A DNA stretch of 64,000 nt from Bacteroidales bacterium (GTDB lineage Bacteria > Bacteroidota > Bacteroidia > Bacteroidales > BM520). Location: NCBI GenBank assembly GCA_016285515.1, contig JAEEQW010000003.1:122316-186315 (forward strand). Reading direction: 5' to 3'. A model generated the notes under the pieces. That model saw only the letters and a list, made by a program, of their open reading frames with translations. It was not told the origin of the DNA and made no database searches. Positions 58,615-64,000 of this stretch are shown one piece after another (position 1 is the first letter of the stretch; each line of letters begins with the position of its first letter). Both the position numbers and the translations under genes were made by a program.

Positions 58615-59418
58615 TTAGTGGTTAATGAAATTGTCTTGAATTTCGTTTTCTGTTTCCGTTTTTCCTTCCGGTTCACCTTTTTTCGTCTTCATGCGCCGGT
58701 TCAACTCCTGCATGTATCCTGCGGTGATAATACTTGACGGCAGAGCGATGGTGGCGATTCCGAACAGGGAAGAGATGATGCTGAGTGTTTTGCCCAGGTT
58801 GGAGACGGGATACAAATCGCCATAACCAACTGTGGCCAGCGTGATTGTAGCCCAATAGAAAGCATCATAAAAGTTTTTGAAGATGTATTCACCTGTCACA
58901 GGGTCTATTTCATGCTCCGACTGGAAGATGACGATGGCGGTGATGAGGATGACGAAAAAGGCCACAAGCAATACGGCCATCAGCAGTTTCCACTGTTTCT
59001 TTATCACCGTGACAAAGATATCTAAAGGGCCAATGTAATAGACTATTCTGGTGAATCGAAGTATCTTCAGCAAACGCATAGCCTTGGTCAGTTTGTATGC
59101 GGGTGCCAGCAAATTGAATGTAGGCAAGATGGAAAGGAGGTCCAAGATGGCCATCGGGGTGAACGGATAGAGGAGAAAAGCCTTCCATTTGGGTTTGTCG
59201 GAGCGAAGGTCGCAAGTGATCCAACGAAGGAGGTAATCCACCAAATAGATGGCACCGGAGATGATGTCAAAATACCAAAAAAGCTTTATTTGCTCGCGGT
59301 ACAGCAAGGGCACCGTACCGATGATGATTGCCACAATCATCAGGTAGTCGTAAGCCCGGAAGAAAGTGCCCTCTTTCCTTGGCTCCACCAAATCGCTAAT
59401 CCATTTCCTGTTTATCAT
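58615..59418 (-). CDS. Potassium channel (6-TM ion transport family)
   Basis: 267 aa with selectivity filter TVGYGD and an S4-like segment with spaced basic residues (MRLLKILRFTRIV). Confidence 0.85.
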   Translation of the reverse strand: MINRKWISDLVEPRKEGTFFRAYDYLMIVAIIIGTVPLLYREQIKLFWYFDIISGAIYLVDYLLRWITCDLRSDKPKWKAFLLYPFTPMAILDLLSILPTFNLLAPAYKLTKAMRLLKILRFTRIVYYIGPLDIFVTVIKKQWKLLMAVLLVAFFVILITAIVIFQSEHEIDPVTGEYIFKNFYDAFYWATITLATVGYGDLYPVSNLGKTLSIISSLFGIATIALPSSIITAGYMQELNRRMKTKKGEPEGKTETENEIQDNFINH

Positions 59419-59437
59419 AAACTATCAAGTTTATTTT

Positions 59438-59620
59438 CTAAACTTTTGCCGGTTCCCACTTGCAGCGAACAGGCGACACGATGGCGCCTTCTTTTTTCAA
59501 GGCATCAAAGGCTTTGTCAACGATTTTACGGTCCAGACCAGTCATCTCGGCCACTTTGCCAGCGTTCACAGGCTCTCCAGCCTCACGCATAGCTTTCAAT
59601 ACTTGTTCTTTTGCTTCCAT
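59438..59620 (-). CDS. Small winged-helix DNA-binding protein
   Basis: 60 aa; the sequence ...AGKVAEMTGLDRKIVDKAFDALKKEGAIVSP forms an HTH plus wing. The coding strand was chosen over the antisense 60-aa ORF because of this motif. Confidence 0.65.
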   Translation of the reverse strand: MEAKEQVLKAMREAGEPVNAGKVAEMTGLDRKIVDKAFDALKKEGAIVSPVRCKWEPAKV

Positions 59621-59755
59621 TGTTGTGTGTTTTTTGGATTAAATGTTCTGCAAAGATATAAAATGTTGCGCACAAACAACACTTTTTTAAATAATGCTGT
59701 CTGTGCGCAACAAATTTTTTTCCCCCGATTGTCGTTTTTGAACGACTCCGAGCAC

Positions 59756-60367
59756 TTAGTTTTCAAATTCCTTTAGCTCTTCCAGTCCGCGTTCTATCTC
59801 CTGCATCTGCTGGGCGTGACGACGATGTTGCCACAATCCGATAACAAAAGCCAGAGCGAAGGTGAGCAGGGTGAGGACAACAACGAGCAATACTCTGTTG
59901 GTGCTAAGCTGGTAGTTCGCTTCAGTGTTGAAGCACAATTCGGAGATATAGAAAGCGATGAAGGCGGTGGCTACAATGGCAATAGTCCAATACTTCTCTT
60001 TGTGACACACCTTCTTGTAGTGCAGCACCAGCCCGTTGAGTTCGCTGGCAGTCTTATCTTCGAGGTTAAACTTCGACAACATGAGGAGTTTCCAAATCTG
60101 TATGATAAGGCCTAATGCCATGGCACACTCAATAATGATAAACGAGGTTAGAGTGATATGGGTATGCATCCAGACGTTTGGAAAGACAATGCCCATGATA
60201 ATAAGGGTGACTACTAAGCTGTAGATGTTGTGCCCCACGATGCCGTTAAAGGCCGATTTGGTTTTCTGAGATACCATCTCCTTAACCATACGCATATTCA
60301 CTATTTCTGTTTCTGCCAAACGCTTGTCGAGTGCGTTCCAACTGTTTTTTAATTCGTCAAGTTCCAT
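59756..60367 (-). CDS. 4-TM membrane protein downstream of an ECF sigma factor (candidate anti-sigma/partner)
   Basis: 203 aa with a cytoplasmic N-terminus (MELDELKNSWNALDKRL), 4 TM helices and a charged C-terminal helix. It starts 13 nt after the sigma gene stop. Confidence 0.6.
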   Translation of the reverse strand: MELDELKNSWNALDKRLAETEIVNMRMVKEMVSQKTKSAFNGIVGHNIYSLVVTLIIMGIVFPNVWMHTHITLTSFIIIECAMALGLIIQIWKLLMLSKFNLEDKTASELNGLVLHYKKVCHKEKYWTIAIVATAFIAFYISELCFNTEANYQLSTNRVLLVVVLTLLTFALAFVIGLWQHRRHAQQMQEIERGLEELKEFEN

Positions 60368-60380
60368 TTTACTTTGAATT

Positions 60381-60872
60381 TTAACTGTTAGACATTTTCT
60401 GGAGTTTTTCTTTGATACGATTGAGTTTAACGGCGACGTTTGCCTTAGAGATGCCGAGTATATCGGCCATTTCCTGATAGCTTCGCTCTTCTAACCATAG
60501 GAGAATCAGCGCGCGTTCCAATTTACCCAGTTGGTTGATGAGTTTGTAGAGTTCCCTGAGCTGACTTGTCGATTCTTCATCGGCCTCCAGACTGTTTGCC
60601 ACTTGTGCCGTTATCGGAACGGTCTGTAGGCGAGAGTTAGAGTGACGTAGAAACGTGATGCAGGTGTTCATTGCGATGCGATATACCCATGTGTTGAATT
60701 TACTGTCGCCACGATAGCGTGGAAAACTCTTCCACAGGTTTAGCACCGTTTCCTGAAACAGGTCGTCCAGGTCGTCTTGATCTTTGGCATACATGTAACA
60801 CACCTTATAGATGGTACGTTTCTGCTCCTCAATCATGTTCAGGAATTCTTTCTCTAATTCTTTTGTCTCCAT
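60381..60872 (-). CDS. ECF-type RNA polymerase sigma-70 family factor
   Basis: From the ATG at 60872 the protein reads METKELEKEFLNMIEE. Region 2 is DLFQETVLNLWKSF...FNTWVYRIAMN, and region 4 is the HTH SYQEMADILGISKANVAVKLNRIK. Confidence 0.85.
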   Translation of the reverse strand: METKELEKEFLNMIEEQKRTIYKVCYMYAKDQDDLDDLFQETVLNLWKSFPRYRGDSKFNTWVYRIAMNTCITFLRHSNSRLQTVPITAQVANSLEADEESTSQLRELYKLINQLGKLERALILLWLEERSYQEMADILGISKANVAVKLNRIKEKLQKMSNS

Positions 60873-61035
60873 TTTTTTTACTTTTTCGTTTGACCTATTA
60901 GTCGCAGAAAAAGTGAAATAATTACAGATTATCAGATTTTTTTCTTTTGCAATCTTGGTAACGATGAAGTAATTCGGTTTTGCGTTGAATATCTCCGCCT
61001 GCCTTATATGGATGAAGTGGCAGAATGTAGTCAGT

Positions 61036-61317
61036 TTAGTGTGGACGTTCATAAAAAGTGACATGCACCGGATCTCCGAAACTCTTGCCGATCTTTTTGC
61101 GGATGTTTTTCCGAACCCCGATGATATAGCACGGCGTTCCCATCTTCACAATCTGGCCGTCGTAAGGTACTCCGTCGAATGTGGCGTGAACCAGCAGTCG
61201 GCCTTTGTCGAAGAGTGCCTTGATGTCGAACGGCACCTCCACGTAGGCGGCATCCATGTCCTCGTTCTGCAGGATTACCGCATCGAATTCCAATATGCGA
61301 GTTTCTTTGGGTTTCAT
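61036..61317 (-). CDS. DUF1905 domain protein
   Basis: 93 aa; the pattern ...[40 protein letters not shown] is typical of DUF1905/YdeI N-terminal domains. Confidence 0.7.
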   Translation of the reverse strand: MKPKETRILEFDAVILQNEDMDAAYVEVPFDIKALFDKGRLLVHATFDGVPYDGQIVKMGTPCYIIGVRKNIRKKIGKSFGDPVHVTFYERPH

Positions 61318-61364
61318 TGCAGTATTAATTGGTTGTGTCCTTCACAATCGAGAAAGGGCATTTC

Positions 61365-61910
61365 TTACCGATACACTTTTTTAATCCAATCATCCAAAAA
61401 CCGCATCTGCGCTTCGGTGTGAAACCAATGCTCACCGCCTTCCATAACGGTCAGTGTGGCGTTGTGCTTTTCCGCAAAATCGCTAACGGTATCGAGCAAA
61501 ATCAGGTCGTCTTCACTTCCATAAAGAATATGTGTCGGCACGTTCCACTCAATTGGATGATTCTTGATAAAGTGCAACCATTCACCAGCCAACTCAACAC
61601 CATTTAACTTCTCCATATCGACCACGGGCGAAATGAAGAAAGCTTTCTGAATCATTTGGTCGATGCCAGCATTCATGCAAAAATAAGCCCCGATGCTGTT
61701 GGCTATCAGGATGACGTTCTCGTACTTGGTTTTCAGTTCCACCACTGCATCGTGTATTTCCGTCCCTGTTTCCCAAGGGGTAAAAGTCTTGTAGTCCAAA
61801 CCTATGACTTCACAATCTGGAAATAGAGGCTTGTAATGTTCGCTTTCCGATGCGCTTCCATCTTTCCCGTGAATGTATAAAACAGCTTTCATGACAGCAC
61901 ACCTTATCAT
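61365..61910 (-). CDS. Small alpha/beta hydrolase
   Basis: 181 aa with VLYIHGKDGS and the nucleophile-elbow variant ANSIGA. The ATG at 61910 gives an ATGA overlap with the upstream stop; the ATG at 61892 is an alternative start. Confidence 0.7.
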   Translation of the reverse strand: MIRCAVMKAVLYIHGKDGSASESEHYKPLFPDCEVIGLDYKTFTPWETGTEIHDAVVELKTKYENVILIANSIGAYFCMNAGIDQMIQKAFFISPVVDMEKLNGVELAGEWLHFIKNHPIEWNVPTHILYGSEDDLILLDTVSDFAEKHNATLTVMEGGEHWFHTEAQMRFLDDWIKKVYR

Positions 61911-62854
61911 GCTTTATATTTCTTCCCCGGTAAGAACTTGTTCACTTTCTTGCAATATTCGGCATATTCGGGATATTTGTCGCCACTGATGCCTTCCACA
62001 AGGTTGGTGCTGGCCGTAAAGAGGACAATCAGCAGCAGGGCTCCAATCATGCTCCAGTTGATGATACCGACGCCTGCACCTATGGAAAAAATGTAGAAAC
62101 TCACCCAAATGGCTTGCTCAGCCATGTAATTGGGGTGACGGCTCACGTTCCATAGCCCGAGGGTGTTGAATCCTTTGTTGTAGGGTTCAGGAAGTTCTTC
62201 CAACGTTTTTCCGGACTTGATCATCGCCCATTTCTTGCTTTGGAAATCCCATTGCTGCTTGTCGGCTATGGTCTCATAGACGATGAAGCCAAACATCAAC
62301 ACGGCAGCGACGGCATCCACCCAACCGAAAGGCTCGGTGGCCCCCATGCACACCAGCGCGGGGAAAGTGAACATGAGGATGAGAGCGTTCTGGTAGCCCG
62401 AGATGAAAAAGAGGTCGAAGGCCATCCATACAGCTCTGTTCTGTAAGAAAGGAAGGGCACGGACCTTTTCCCAACGATAGTCTTCTTCTCCCTCCCAAAA
62501 CCGGAGTTTGTAGGCGCCTTTTTTGGCGAAGTTGTAGGTGAGGCGAATGCCCCAAATGGTGACCAGCACAGCCATCACGACGAGACGCGGATGCATGCCG
62601 CCTTTCGCAGCGATAATCCAGCAATAGGCAATGGGGAGAAGACTCCACACCTTGTCGACCTGACTGTTGTTGCCGGTGATTTCGCCCACCGTGAAGCAGT
62701 ACAAGGCGCTGCATCCAGCGATGATACCGAGAATTTTCAGCGTTTCCAATTGTAAGTCATTGAGGGCCGGACCTACATAGATGTATAAAATGGGGCACAC
62801 TACAAGTGAGAGCAAGAGCAGCGCGCACATCAGTGGAATGTTCAATTTTTGCAT
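61907..62854 (-). CDS. DUF1295 family membrane protein (steroid 5-alpha-reductase/ICMT-like fold)
   Basis: 315 aa, polytopic, with the motif NVSRHPNYMAEQAIW. Confidence 0.75.
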   Translation of the reverse strand: MQKLNIPLMCALLLLSLVVCPILYIYVGPALNDLQLETLKILGIIAGCSALYCFTVGEITGNNSQVDKVWSLLPIAYCWIIAAKGGMHPRLVVMAVLVTIWGIRLTYNFAKKGAYKLRFWEGEEDYRWEKVRALPFLQNRAVWMAFDLFFISGYQNALILMFTFPALVCMGATEPFGWVDAVAAVLMFGFIVYETIADKQQWDFQSKKWAMIKSGKTLEELPEPYNKGFNTLGLWNVSRHPNYMAEQAIWVSFYIFSIGAGVGIINWSMIGALLLIVLFTASTNLVEGISGDKYPEYAEYCKKVNKFLPGKKYKA

Positions 62855-62858
62855 AGCG

Positions 62859-64000
62859 TTATTTGTTTATGGGTTTGTCTGGTTGGATTGTTTCTCCGCA
62901 AGTTTTTTCCTGGCCCTGCTTTCCTACAACGAACCTGTCGAAAGCGGCAAGAAGCCCTGGCAAAACGAAGATAATCAGCAATACGGCGGCCAATGCACCT
63001 GTTGCAATGCATCGCAGTATCGTTGCTATGGTCGCATCATCAATCATAATCGACATGGCAAACGGCGCCAGCGTCATAATCGTTCCCGAGGTGAGAATGG
63101 TGTGCATTGAAGCCTGATAAGCCTTGCGGATGGAATCTGTCTTGTTTGTCAATGTTCGAGCTTCGCGGTAGTTGTTGGTGAAAAGTATGCCATAGTCGAT
63201 GGTCGCCCCCATCAGGATACTCTGCATGATGAGGTAGGCCAAATATAGCAGCCTGCCGCCATTCAGTCCGCTCACGGTCACATCGATATACACAGCTGTC
63301 AACACCGTCATCACCAGTATTGCAGGCACGGCAAGCGAACGGAAAGTGAGGGCGACGATGAGGAAAATGGATAATATGGTGATGAGCGTAACAAGAAGCA
63401 TTTCATCGCCGAACTGGTTGCGCATCTCGTTCATCATCACCGACTCTCCGATAAGGTAATGTATGCTTTCCAGCTGATTGTCGCATTTTGCGGCCAAAGT
63501 TTCCACAAAATCATGGGTTGCGTCAGATTCCTTGGGCAGGTCGGAGAAAACAATGGCTTGCGAATACTGGTGCCCGCGCAACTGGCTGAAGTTCTCATCT
63601 ATCATGACATTAACGGTATCCATGCCCGACCTCATTTCATCATTGATTAACGAAGCAAAGTGTGGACGGTTGATGACTGAATCATTCAGCGTTTTGAGGA
63701 TGTCTTCTGCAGACATCTTCACATTTTCATCATCGAAATGGCGGATACCATTGTACAGGTAGGCAAGTTCAATGTCGCGCATTTCCATTTTGGCACCTAA
63801 CGAGGTGAGTAGCCCGTGCATCTCGGCAGAATCAAAACGGCTTCCTTTCTTGGCGATGGCCATAATTTTCTCAGCCTTGTACAGTTTGTCTATGTTTTCC
63901 TTATCCACTTCGGGCATGTCCATGACCGTCTCGGCTTCTTCTTGCTCATCGGCAATCTCCACCAATATGGTTTCCGTAGGATTCTCCTCCAATTCGGCTA
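62859..64000 (-). CDS. MMPL/RND-superfamily transporter, C-terminal half (gene continues past window end)
   Basis: The frame is open to the window edge. A periplasmic-type domain is followed by a 5-6 TM bundle (LLVTLITILSIFLIVALTFRS...) typical of MMPL/SSD transporters. Confidence 0.7.
   Translation of the reverse strand, partial: AELEENPTETILVEIADEQEEAETVMDMPEVDKENIDKLYKAEKIMAIAKKGSRFDSAEMHGLLTSLGAKMEMRDIELAYLYNGIRHFDDENVKMSAEDILKTLNDSVINRPHFASLINDEMRSGMDTVNVMIDENFSQLRGHQYSQAIVFSDLPKESDATHDFVETLAAKCDNQLESIHYLIGESVMMNEMRNQFGDEMLLVTLITILSIFLIVALTFRSLAVPAILVMTVLTAVYIDVTVSGLNGGRLLYLAYLIMQSILMGATIDYGILFTNNYREARTLTNKTDSIRKAYQASMHTILTSGTIMTLAPFAMSIMIDDATIATILRCIATGALAAVLLIIFVLPGLLAAFDRFVVGKQGQEKTCGETIQPDKPINK

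Overview
The window looks like chromosomal DNA from a Bacteroidota (Bacteroidales-like) organism. Three things support this: protein families typical of the order, the atpDC-(membrane ORF)-atpBEFHAG operon order, and a TAnnTTTG -7 promoter box 10-95 nt upstream of about 20 genes on both strands. Positions 1-35 kb are AT-richer and carry core genes: xseA (partial), cca, miaA, rsmE, recQ-like, fmt, HU, ribosomal protein bTHX (absent from the ORF track), a tRNA-Gly(CCC)-murL-like-murD-like unit, ppdK, sanA, nfeD/SPFH, truA, the F-ATPase operon, ansA, gyrB and a TPR/beta-barrel pair. RNase P RNA (rnpB) lies at about 35.0-35.4 kb. From about 36 kb the sequence becomes visibly GC-richer and carries accessory or metabolic genes. 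These are a His-rich P1B metal ATPase, a histidine acid phosphatase, an L,D-transpeptidase, an Fe-ADH, and a cobalamin riboswitch in front of a disrupted CoA-transferase. A 9-gene co-directional array follows, holding xylE-xylB-tfoX-ICMT-xylA and then redox and protease genes. Next come an ECF sigma module, a K+ channel, and a lipid-type cluster (MMPL/DUF1295/hydrolase) that runs off the window end. I found no rRNA, no CRISPR array, no intact mobile element (only a roughly 35-codon transposase C-terminal remnant) and no recognisable defence system. The points most worth follow-up are the composition break at rnpB/hdeD, the B12 riboswitch coupled to an internally deleted CoA-transferase, the tRNA-Gly-murL-murD2-like operon, and the interrupted xyl operon. 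All family calls come from reading motifs by eye; no searches were run.
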